From: a virus
Taxonomy: Duplodnaviria; Caudoviricetes
Length of the DNA stretch: 43,793 bases
Direction: 5' to 3' (one strand)
Virus record (IMG/VR): IMGVR_UViG_3300037445_000034
Span: 1 to 43,793 of that record
Below are positions 36,446 through 43,793 of this stretch, piece by piece; the first letter of the stretch is position 1, and every line of letters starts with the position of its first letter. Position numbers and translations under genes: made by a program. The notes below the pieces were generated by a model. That model saw only the letters and a program-made list of their open reading frames with translations, searched no databases and had not been told where the DNA came from.

Positions 36446-38041
36446 ATGGCGCTCGGACTCGCACCCATTTCCAGCACGCCGATCAGCGCATTGCGCTCGA
36501 CGGGCGGCGCTGTCTCTGGCGCGATGTCGTCGGCAGGCGTCGCGACGGTCGCGTTCACGGCCACCGCGAGTGTCGCGTCGTCGATGTCGAGCGCGGGTGT
36601 TGCGACCGTCTCGCTCGTGGGCGCCGCGGCTGCGGCAGGCGTGCTCTCCAGCTCGGGCGCGGCGACGGTGTCGCTCGTGGGCGCTGCAGCTGCAGCGGGC
36701 GTGCTGTCGAGCTCGGGCGTCGCAACGGTCTCGTTGGTCGGCACCTCGACGGTTGCCTCGGTGCTGTCGTCGGCCGGCGTCGCAACGGTGTCGCTCGTGG
36801 GGGCGGCGAGCGTCGTCGCTAGCGTGTCGGTCGCGGGCACGGCTAGCGTGTCGCTCGTTGGGGCGGCTCGTGCTGACGCGAGCATGTCGATCGCCGGCAC
36901 GGCAGCGGTCTCGTTGACTGCGACGATCGCCGCGAACGCGTCGCTGTCCAGCGCGGGCGTCGCGTCGGTGTCGTTCGTCGATACCTCGACGGTGGACAGC
37001 TCGATGTCGAGCGCGGGCGTCGCGACCGTCTCGCTCGTCGACACGTCGACGGTGGTCGCGTCGATGGCGACGGCAGGCGACGGCGAGTTCAGCCCGATCG
37101 CGAGCATCGCGACGGCGAGCGTGCTGTCGTCGGCAGGCACGAGCGACGCCGAGTTCTTTCCGCTCGGGGCCGGATCCGTTCTGTCGATGGCCGGCACGTC
37201 GACGGTCTCGCTCGTCGCGGCGATCAGCGTGGCGGCTGGCTTCTCGGCGGCGGGTGTCGGCGACCTCGAGCTCGGCGGCGCGGCGCTCGCGTCCGCGTCG
37301 CTGCAGGGGAACGGGACGTCAGCGCTCGCCGGCGTGGGCGCGTCTCTCGTCGCTAGCAACTTCGAGGCGGACGGTCACTCGCGTGTCAGCTTCGACGTCG
37401 CGCTCGCGATCGCCGCGGCGATGTCGGCGGCCGGCAGCGTCGCAGTCGCGATCGTCGGCACGGGCATCTTCTCCGCGTCGCTGTCGTGCGCCGGCTCGTC
37501 GACGATGGCGGGCACGCTCGGCGTCACGCGTTCGATGGCGCTGTCCGTCGCCGGCACGGGCGCGTTCGCAGGCTTGCTCGTCGTGGCGAACGCGGGTGCG
37601 ATGTCGGCGTCGGGCGCGGGCACGATGATCGGGGTCGGCGCGTCGCTCGCGTCGGCGTCGCTGGCGGCCGCGGGGACGTCGATCGTCCGATTCGTGCCCG
37701 AGTTCGACTGGCGACTCGTGGTCGACCACGCCGACGTCGATGAGCTGTTCGCGCGCGGTGTCGCCGAGCTGCTCGCGCCCACGTCGCTTGTCGATGTCGA
37801 GACACCGACGGCGACCGCGGCGTGCGAGGTCACCGTGTCAACGAGCTGGGCCCCGCCCCCGCCCGTGCGAACGATCGAGGCGGACGATCGCGACTTCGGC
37901 TATGATGGCCCTACGGCCGAGGTCGAGCTGCTCGCGGGCGGTTCCGACGTCGATGTCGCGACGGATGCGACTGCGGACGTCGATCTTGAGTCGGCAGCTG
38001 CCGACGTCGACATCGAGGCCGACACGGCCGAGGAGAGCTGA
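36446..38041 (+). CDS. Ser/Ala/Val 20-aa repeat protein (fibre shaft-like)
   Basis: Tandem SSAGVATVSLVG-type repeats with a 20-aa period; acidic C-terminus. Confidence 0.75.
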   Translation: MALGLAPISSTPISALRSTGGAVSGAMSSAGVATVAFTATASVASSMSSAGVATVSLVGAAAAAGVLSSSGAATVSLVGAAAAAGVLSSSGVATVSLVGTSTVASVLSSAGVATVSLVGAASVVASVSVAGTASVSLVGAARADASMSIAGTAAVSLTATIAANASLSSAGVASVSFVDTSTVDSSMSSAGVATVSLVDTSTVVASMATAGDGEFSPIASIATASVLSSAGTSDAEFFPLGAGSVLSMAGTSTVSLVAAISVAAGFSAAGVGDLELGGAALASASLQGNGTSALAGVGASLVASNFEADGHSRVSFDVALAIAAAMSAAGSVAVAIVGTGIFSASLSCAGSSTMAGTLGVTRSMALSVAGTGAFAGLLVVANAGAMSASGAGTMIGVGASLASASLAAAGTSIVRFVPEFDWRLVVDHADVDELFARGVAELLAPTSLVDVETPTATAACEVTVSTSWAPPPPVRTIEADDRDFGYDGPTAEVELLAGGSDVDVATDATADVDLESAAADVDIEADTAEES

Positions 38042-38427
38042 TGATCACGACGAAAGACCTTCGCATCACCATCGGGCAGACGGTTCCGATCCGCCTGACG
38101 TTCCGCGACTCGCAGGGCAACTTCGTAGACCTGACGGGCGGAACGGTGTACTTGTCAGCGACGGCCGATTTGAAGGTGCCGCCGCTCTGGCAACTGTCGA
38201 GTGCGGCGCCGAGCTCGAACGGCACCGTCGTGATTCAGGACCAAACGCAGAAGAAGGGCCAGGCCGTCGGGACGATCTTGCCGGCCGGCACGAGCGGATG
38301 GGTCGCGACCGGCGACGCCGATCCGTATTTCTGGGATGCGTGGGCTGTCGACGTGAACGGGAACGAGTACCCGGGCATCGCGACGTCTCGCCTTTCCGTC
38401 TTCCCCACCGTCACTCGGATCCCGTAA
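38041..38427 (+). CDS. BppU-N-like beta-sandwich virion protein
   Basis: GQTVPIRLTFRDSQGNFVDLTGGTV pattern; TGATG coupling. Confidence 0.55.
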   Translation: MITTKDLRITIGQTVPIRLTFRDSQGNFVDLTGGTVYLSATADLKVPPLWQLSSAAPSSNGTVVIQDQTQKKGQAVGTILPAGTSGWVATGDADPYFWDAWAVDVNGNEYPGIATSRLSVFPTVTRIP

Positions 38428-38435
38428 GGAGAACC

Positions 38436-38855
38436 ATGTCGCGTCAGATCCTCGAAGTCGGCAAGAGCATCGCAAACATCAGCGCCGCCGCACCCGCGGG
38501 CGCGCAGGGCCTCGAGATCGGCTTCATCGGCGCGATGAAGCCGCAGAAGTGGCTACTCGTCGTGCACGTTACCGTCGGCACCGACGACGTGTTCCTGTGG
38601 GGGCAATTGCCGGACACCGACGGCGACGACACCAACGACCACACGAACGGCGTGTGGACGCTCTTCAATGACAAGTACGGGCGCATCGTCAACGGCAAGC
38701 TGACGCCGGGCACTGCGAAGCTTGCTGTCGGACACCACTCGTTCGTGATCGAGGACATTGGCGGTTTCGTCGGCATCGGCTTGCAGACGGGCGGCGTCGC
38801 GACGGTGACCGCCGAGCTTCACCCGTTGTTCGCGAGCCAGCGGCACAGCGGGTAA
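38436..38855 (+). CDS. hypothetical protein
   Basis: AAGGAG RBS; MSRQILEVGKSIANI... Confidence 0.7.
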   Translation: MSRQILEVGKSIANISAAAPAGAQGLEIGFIGAMKPQKWLLVVHVTVGTDDVFLWGQLPDTDGDDTNDHTNGVWTLFNDKYGRIVNGKLTPGTAKLAVGHHSFVIEDIGGFVGIGLQTGGVATVTAELHPLFASQRHSG

Positions 38856-38864
38856 GATCACCAC

Positions 38865-39371
38865 ATGCCGAACCAACCCCCGAGCGACCGCGATCGCCGC
38901 GGCATCCCGAAGCGCGTCGAGACCGAGGACTCCGTTCCCATCGACATGCCGCCGATGGACGAGCTGATCCATCGTACGCGGAGGGCGACCGAAGAAGCGA
39001 AAGCAGCTCGCATCGAAACCGGCGAGCTGCGCGACGAGCTGAAGACGTACGCCGAGCGCGACATCAACGAGCACGCCGAGCTGCGCGAGGAAAACCGCCT
39101 CGTGCGCACCGAGCTGACGGCGCTGAACACCGAGCAATCGAAGACGAACACGCACCTCGCCGACGTGCGTGTCGAGATGACGCGCGTCGGCACGAAGCTC
39201 GACACCTTCGTCGACGTCGTGACGAGAGAGCGCACCAAGGTCGACGAAGACAAGAAGGCCGAACAGGTCGAGAAACAGAGCAAGCGCGACCACAAGCGCC
39301 ACCTGCTCGTTGCGGTTGTCGGCGTCGTCGCCGGCATCATCGGGGCGCTCGTCCACTGGGCGTTTCACTAG
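38865..39371 (+). CDS. coiled-coil protein with C-terminal TM helix (lysis cassette)
   Basis: Heptad region followed by LLVAVVGVVAGIIGALVHW. Confidence 0.7.
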   Translation: MPNQPPSDRDRRGIPKRVETEDSVPIDMPPMDELIHRTRRATEEAKAARIETGELRDELKTYAERDINEHAELREENRLVRTELTALNTEQSKTNTHLADVRVEMTRVGTKLDTFVDVVTRERTKVDEDKKAEQVEKQSKRDHKRHLLVAVVGVVAGIIGALVHWAFH

Positions 39372-39412
39372 GGCCCTGGCTCGCGGCGCCGGGGTGTGCC
39401 ACGATGGCCGGC

Positions 39413-39949
39413 ATGACGATCCGACGCCTCGCATCCCTCGCCCTGCTCTCTGTCTTCCTCGCGCTGCCAGCGCACGCGCTCGCCGATGGTTCGGGCTCGG
39501 GCTCGGCGGCGGTCGTCGCAGTCGATGCCGGCGTCGCGCCGAGCAGCTCCGACGCCAGTGTCGCGCCGAGCTCGAGCGACACGGGAGGCGCCGTCGTCGT
39601 GGCGCCGCCGGCGAACGCGACGCCGACGCCCGCCTCGACGGTGACGAACCCGGCCGATGACCCGGGCGGCTTCATCGCGCAGGTCAAGAACGCGTGGAGC
39701 GCGGGCGGCTGGGCGCTGCTCTTGCTCGTGCTCGCGGTCGGTGCGTGCGAGGGCTTGTCGAAGATCGACTCGCTGAAGAAGCTCGGAGCGGGCCGCGTCT
39801 CGCTCGTGATCGGCGGCGTCGTCGCGATCGGCACGGCGCTGATCGGCGCGCTGACGGCGAAGGCGAGCTGGAGCGCGGCCATCATCGCCGCAGGCGGCGC
39901 AGCGCTCGCCTACTGGCACCAAGCTGGAACAGACCCCGCGAAGGCGTGA
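39413..39949 (+). CDS. membrane protein, holin candidate
   Basis: Signal-peptide-like N-terminus (AHA-LA), Ser/Pro linker, three hydrophobic helices; in the lysis cassette. Confidence 0.6.
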   Translation: MTIRRLASLALLSVFLALPAHALADGSGSGSAAVVAVDAGVAPSSSDASVAPSSSDTGGAVVVAPPANATPTPASTVTNPADDPGGFIAQVKNAWSAGGWALLLLVLAVGACEGLSKIDSLKKLGAGRVSLVIGGVVAIGTALIGALTAKASWSAAIIAAGGAALAYWHQAGTDPAKA

Positions 39950-39955
39950 GGCAAC

Positions 39956-40258
39956 GTGGGACTGCTCTTCCGCGTCCTGTTCGAGCTGCGCGCGCTACGC
40001 GCTGAAGTAGCGGACGTGCGTGCTACGCTGCAGCGCATGTCCACCTCTCTCGATGCCCTCACCGCCCAGGTCGCCGCGAACACCACTGTCGAGCAGTCGG
40101 CGATCACCCTCATCAACGGACTCGCCGCGCAGCTCGCCGCGGCCGGCACCGACCCCGCCGCGCTCGCCGCGTTGCAGGCGCAGCTGAAGACGAGCGCCGA
40201 TGCGCTCGCCGCCGCCGTCGCCGCGAACACGGTCGCCGCCCCCGCTGCGAAGTCGTAA
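39956..40258 (+). CDS. Ala-rich coiled-coil protein
   Basis: LDALTAQVAANTTVEQSAITLINGL...; start could be the downstream ATG. Confidence 0.65.
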   Translation: MGLLFRVLFELRALRAEVADVRATLQRMSTSLDALTAQVAANTTVEQSAITLINGLAAQLAAAGTDPAALAALQAQLKTSADALAAAVAANTVAAPAAKS

Positions 40259-40259
40259 C

Positions 40260-40631
40260 GTGGAGACGATCATCGTCCTCGCTGCGTTCGCGGCTGTCGC
40301 CCTCGCGGCGATCGCAGCCGTGACGGCGCTCGCGTTCAAGCTCGTGGACGCGAAGAACAGCGAGGCCGATGCTCGCGAGCGCGCAGCTCGACGCGAAGGC
40401 GAAGCCGGCATCGACGCGATCAAGGTCGATCAGGCGAACGCGGCGACGAACGCCGCGGCTGACGCGGAGAAGCGCCAGGAGCAGCGCGGCGACGCGCTGG
40501 AGAAGGAGCTTGCCGATGAAGCACACCCTGATGGCACTGGCCTTAGCCGCTTGCAGCTCGTGTCCAAAGCCCCCGCCGCCGTGCCCGATCCAGGTGCCCC
40601 CGCCGGCAAGGGTGGTGGCGGGAAGCCCTGA
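40260..40631 (+). CDS. i-spanin (Rz-like)
   Basis: N-terminal TM helix then coiled coil; overlaps the lipoprotein gene. Confidence 0.7.
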   Translation: METIIVLAAFAAVALAAIAAVTALAFKLVDAKNSEADARERAARREGEAGIDAIKVDQANAATNAAADAEKRQEQRGDALEKELADEAHPDGTGLSRLQLVSKAPAAVPDPGAPAGKGGGGKP

Positions 40632-40803
40632 CTGCCTGACGCAAGCGCCGCCGACGATGCCCGCCGTCATCGCCGAACTGGCGTCGCTGCCACCAGGTGC
40701 GACGGCAACGCGCGAGCAGCTCGACGCCCTCGCCGGCTACACCGCCGACCTCGTCGAGTACAGCCGTCGTGCGTGGCGCGACTGCGGCACCGCGAAGCCC
40801 TAG
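40516..40803 (+). CDS. o-spanin (Rz1-like lipoprotein)
   Basis: AAGGAG RBS; MKHTLMALALAAC lipobox; Pro-rich; starts inside the i-spanin in the +1 frame. Confidence 0.75.
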   Translation: MKHTLMALALAACSSCPKPPPPCPIQVPPPARVVAGSPDCLTQAPPTMPAVIAELASLPPGATATREQLDALAGYTADLVEYSRRAWRDCGTAKP

Positions 40804-40855
40804 ACGCTTCCGAGCGCGATGGCGCGGCGAGCTGCGAGCGGCTACGATCGCCCCT

Positions 40856-41611
40856 ATGCAGATCGACCCGCTCTTCGTCGACACGTTCTCGCGAGATCTC
40901 GGCGGCCGCACGCCCGAGCTGATGCCCAAGCTGATCGCCGCGGGCCCGCCGTGGCACGGCTGGTGGGGCAAGGCGAACGAGGGCGCGTGGTTCGACAGCG
41001 ACAACGATCCGCAGGCGCCGAAGGGGTGGCTGACGCGTGCGATCGCCGCCGCGAAGCAGACCGACCGGCTCGGGCACGACTGGTGGTACGGCGTGTATGA
41101 CTACGCGAACGCGAAGGCGGCGTGGCGCGCCGAGCTCGACCGCTTCCTGCTGACGTGCAAGCGCGCGGGCGTCGACTGGACGAAGGGCAGCGGTTGCCTG
41201 AACCCGTGCATCGACGTAGAGAACGGCGACAACGATGGCGTGACGAAGCAGCAATGGCTCGATCACATGTGCCCGCTCGTCGAGGCGATGCGAAACGAGA
41301 CGGGTCGCGAGGTCTGGGTGTACGGCGGCTCGCTGCCGCGCGACCTCGGCATCGCGGGCGTCGGCGGCGCGTGCCCGTTCGGCGCTGACGGCTGGGAAGT
41401 CGCGCGCTACACCGGCACGCTTCCCGAAGACGTGTGGGCGTCGCTCGGCGTCCCCGTCGCGAAGCGCATCCTGTGGCAGTACGACGGCGACGGCGAGGGC
41501 TACTTGAGCCACTACCCGTGGGTGTCGCCGATCGGGCGCACCGACATCAGCGCGGCGATCGTGAACGGCGGCGGCGAGCATGCGCTCGACTACTTCCGCA
41601 CGCACTGCTAG
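40856..41611 (+). CDS. GH25-family muramidase endolysin
   Basis: FVD..., KANEG, GVYDY, CIDVE (DxE), VWVY, VARY, LWQY, TD; TACGAT ends 7 nt before the ATG. Confidence 0.8.
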   Translation: MQIDPLFVDTFSRDLGGRTPELMPKLIAAGPPWHGWWGKANEGAWFDSDNDPQAPKGWLTRAIAAAKQTDRLGHDWWYGVYDYANAKAAWRAELDRFLLTCKRAGVDWTKGSGCLNPCIDVENGDNDGVTKQQWLDHMCPLVEAMRNETGREVWVYGGSLPRDLGIAGVGGACPFGADGWEVARYTGTLPEDVWASLGVPVAKRILWQYDGDGEGYLSHYPWVSPIGRTDISAAIVNGGGEHALDYFRTHC

Positions 41612-41632
41612 ACGTCGCGCGCAGCTCGAGGG

Positions 41633-41806
41633 TCACCAGGGCGGCGCGCAGCACGCCTTCGCATCGCGCACGACGTCGCCGCACTTCGGGTCGCCGCAGC
41701 GCGCGACGACCTCACGGCACGAGCTGCAGCGCGCGAAGACGACGGCAGCTCGCCCGCAGCTGCACTTCAGCCCGCGCCCCGGGCACAGCGTCAGGTGGTC
41801 GATCAC
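41633..41806 (-). CDS. small Cys-rich protein
   Basis: GTGA-coupled; MIDHLTLCPGRGLKCSCG...CSSC...C...C. Confidence 0.5.
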   Translation of the reverse strand: MIDHLTLCPGRGLKCSCGRAAVVFARCSSCREVVARCGDPKCGDVVRDAKACCAPPW

Positions 41807-41976
41807 TTCTGCTCTCGCAGCTTGCGGTTGATCGCGCGCTCGGTGTCTTGCGCGAGTCGAACGCGCTCGGGATGGAAGCGCCCGCTCCACGATGTCTTGA
41901 TCGTCACCGTCGACGCGTCGCAGTCGCACCCGACGCCCGCCCCGCACGCTGCGCACACGACGTCGATCGCCTTCAC
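41803..41976 (-). CDS. small Zn-finger protein
   Basis: GTGA-coupled; VVCAACGAGVGCDC...FHPER. Confidence 0.6.
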   Translation of the reverse strand: MKAIDVVCAACGAGVGCDCDASTVTIKTSWSGRFHPERVRLAQDTERAINRKLREQK

Positions 41977-42320
41977 AGCGTCACCGACTCGGCCGCGCGC
42001 AGATCGCCGCGAGCCCGCTCGATGCGGGCCGTGTAGATGCGGATCTCCTTCTTCTTTCGAGCGATGAACGAATCCATCGCCTCGCGCTTCGTCGGGCACG
42101 CGAAGCGCTTGCGCGCGCTCGTCAGAACGAAGCGCTCGTGGGCGTCGAGCGCGGCGAAGTCGCCGTAGAACCCGATCCGCAGCCACACGCCCTTCGGCGT
42201 CGTCCTCGCGACCTCGTACTCGTGCAGCACGATCGACGTCGAGCCGAACCCTCGCGACTCGCCGAACTCGTCGGCGGGCGCCGCGTAGTGGGTCGCTTCG
42301 TAGCGATACCACTTCGTCAC
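41973..42320 (-). CDS. hypothetical phage protein
   Basis: GAGGT RBS; WYRY...VARTTPKGVWL...KRFACPTKREA... Confidence 0.75.
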   Translation of the reverse strand: MTKWYRYEATHYAAPADEFGESRGFGSTSIVLHEYEVARTTPKGVWLRIGFYGDFAALDAHERFVLTSARKRFACPTKREAMDSFIARKKKEIRIYTARIERARGDLRAAESVTL

Positions 42321-43036
42321 GACTGCACCTCGCGTCGCGTCGCGCCGGCCCTACGCGACGCCGCCGTGTAGAGGTCCCACGAGCGCGACACGCTCCCCGA
42401 GCCCGGGAACAAGTCGTGGAGCACGTCGCCGCGCTGCGCGCCGAGCTGGCGGAACATCCATTCGCAGAAGCCGGGCGGCTTCGTCCCGATGATGCGCGTG
42501 CGAAGCGACAGGTGCCGCGTGTTGCCCGACAGCACGAGCGCGTTGTCGAGCTGCGTCTTCGCGTCGATCAGCGCGGGACGCCCGCGGAACACGAGCAGCG
42601 GCTCCCACGCATCGCGAGGGCGATACGACGTGCCGCGACGCGCGCCCTTGCACCACGCTGCGATGCGCAGCTCGTTGCGATCGCCGCGAGCGATCTGCGA
42701 GAGGGCGATCTCGCAGACCATCGGCAGCGCCGAGCTCGACGTCGACAGCGCCCAGCCGTCGGGGTACTCCCACACGAGACGGTGCAGAAGCGCTTCGTGA
42801 TCGACCTCGCTGGCGCCGTAGTAGCGCTCTGCCTTCTCGGGATACGGCGGGTCTGCGTACGCGAAGCGCATCGGCTTCGCCGCGGTGCTGCCTGCAGGCG
42901 CGACGCGAAAGCGCGACAGCGACTGACGGCAGCGCTTCGAGCACGAGCGCGTGCCCTTGCGCATGCGGGGAGCGATCTCGTCGCCGCACCACGCGCAGAC
43001 GCGCGGCTTTCGCGTCAAATCCTCGAGGCGGGTCAC
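42317..43036 (-). CDS. DNA methyltransferase (N6A/N4C, beta-like motif order) with N-terminal Zn finger
   Basis: CAWC...CSKRC, YADPPY, then TKP...DLFPGSGS; GTGA-coupled start. Confidence 0.85.
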   Translation of the reverse strand: MTRLEDLTRKPRVCAWCGDEIAPRMRKGTRSCSKRCRQSLSRFRVAPAGSTAAKPMRFAYADPPYPEKAERYYGASEVDHEALLHRLVWEYPDGWALSTSSSALPMVCEIALSQIARGDRNELRIAAWCKGARRGTSYRPRDAWEPLLVFRGRPALIDAKTQLDNALVLSGNTRHLSLRTRIIGTKPPGFCEWMFRQLGAQRGDVLHDLFPGSGSVSRSWDLYTAASRRAGATRREVQS

Positions 43037-43359
43037 GAGCGAAGCCCCCGGATCATCGCGTTCGACTCGTCGACGAGACCGCGCACCCGCATGTTCTTCG
43101 GGCGCTCGCTCGTCACGCTCGTGTGCACGTCGCGCGACTTGTCCTCGGTGATCTCGGCGAGCTTGCGCGCGTCGAGCCAGCGAGCGAGGGGGCCGATCGC
43201 GCGCAGCGCTCCCCCTTCGCGCACGATGACGTACCAGCTCTCGCGAGAGGGCACGCCGCGCGCGAACTTCGAGCACTTGCCGCACGAGCACTTGCCGTGA
43301 TGCTTCGTGCCGCCGTGGTTGTCGCGCGGGCAGCTGCAGCGACCGCAGTTAGTCGACAT
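43033..43359 (-). CDS. hypothetical protein with N-terminal Cys/His cluster
   Basis: CGRCSCPRDNH...CSCGKC.KF; GGAGGG RBS. Confidence 0.65.
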   Translation of the reverse strand: MSTNCGRCSCPRDNHGGTKHHGKCSCGKCSKFARGVPSRESWYVIVREGGALRAIGPLARWLDARKLAEITEDKSRDVHTSVTSERPKNMRVRGLVDESNAMIRGLRS

Positions 43360-43792
43360 TGACGCCCTCCCCGAGCCCTTCGACGAGCTTCAGCTCTGCG
43401 ATCGAGCGGAACCCGCGCGACGCCACGACGATGTGATCGATCATCGGGATACCGACTACCTCGCTGACGCGCAGCATGCGCTTCGTCAGCGCGACATCGT
43501 TGTCGCTCGGCTTCGGGTCGCCGGCCGGGTGGTTGTGCACGAGCACGAAGCCCACCGCGTTGCGGCGCAGCACCGCACGCACGACGTCACGCGGCAGCAC
43601 CTCGACCCGATCGACGCTGCCGATCGCGACGACGTCGACGCCGATCAGCGCCGTGCGCACGTCGAGCGACAGCACGCGGAACACCTCCTGGCCGTCTTCG
43701 TGCCATGCCCAGACGTTGGCGAGCTGCCAGACGTCTTCGGCGCTCGCGAGCGGGCTGCGCGACGAGTGGTGGAACGTGCGGTACTCGCGCGC
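43349..43792 (-). CDS. RadC-like JAB/MPN domain protein (5'-truncated)
   Basis: QEVF...LVHNHPAGDPKPSDND...IPMIDHIVV; the frame is open to the window edge. Confidence 0.9.
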   Translation of the reverse strand, partial: AREYRTFHHSSRSPLASAEDVWQLANVWAWHEDGQEVFRVLSLDVRTALIGVDVVAIGSVDRVEVLPRDVVRAVLRRNAVGFVLVHNHPAGDPKPSDNDVALTKRMLRVSEVVGIPMIDHIVVASRGFRSIAELKLVEGLGEGVNVD

Positions 43793-43793
43793 G

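Noticed and set aside
3138-41611. Frequent TAG stops, some followed in-frame by the next gene (possible amber recoding or readthrough)
   Set aside because: By my count 8 of 23 TAG-ended genes are in open frame with the next gene, about the one-third expected by chance. Core genes are full length in the standard code and the tRNA anticodon is not CUA.
6468-42359. CRISPR array or att/IS ends as the explanation for the dyad repeats
   Set aside because: Copies are dispersed rather than regularly spaced, and no cas, transposase or integrase gene is in the window.

Overview
The window is about 44 kb of a high-GC tailed dsDNA phage or prophage with a contractile tail (myovirus type). A two-component spanin indicates a Gram-negative host. 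A Myxococcota-like host is only a guess from composition and frequent TAG stops. The + strand (1-41.6 kb) runs: small hypotheticals, an SLT-like enzyme, a non-canonical tRNA, putative TerS, a Dam-type MTase, TerL, portal, gp7-like head protein, scaffold, major capsid, neck proteins, sheath, tube, frameshifted tail chaperones, tape measure, LysM protein, hub, spike, baseplate wedge (gp25-, J- and I-like), fibre and accessory virion genes with three tandem glycine-rich paralogues, and a lysis cassette (membrane proteins, spanins, GH25 endolysin). From about 41.6 kb a convergent - strand block encodes small Zn-binding proteins, a second MTase and a truncated RadC/JAB protein. Most notable non-obvious signals: (1) a dispersed 21-bp dyad GTCGC-N11-GCGAC at gene junctions across the late region; (2) a 109-nt tRNA with a Thr(CGU) anticodon loop on a Leu-like body with a very long variable arm; (3) several apparently leaderless, self-promoted genes inside the morphogenesis and lysis modules; (4) two multi-stem intergenic RNAs sharing a CTC-GCAA-GAG hairpin; (5) the triple polyglycine cassette. 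All protein calls come from motifs and synteny read by eye; no searches were run.
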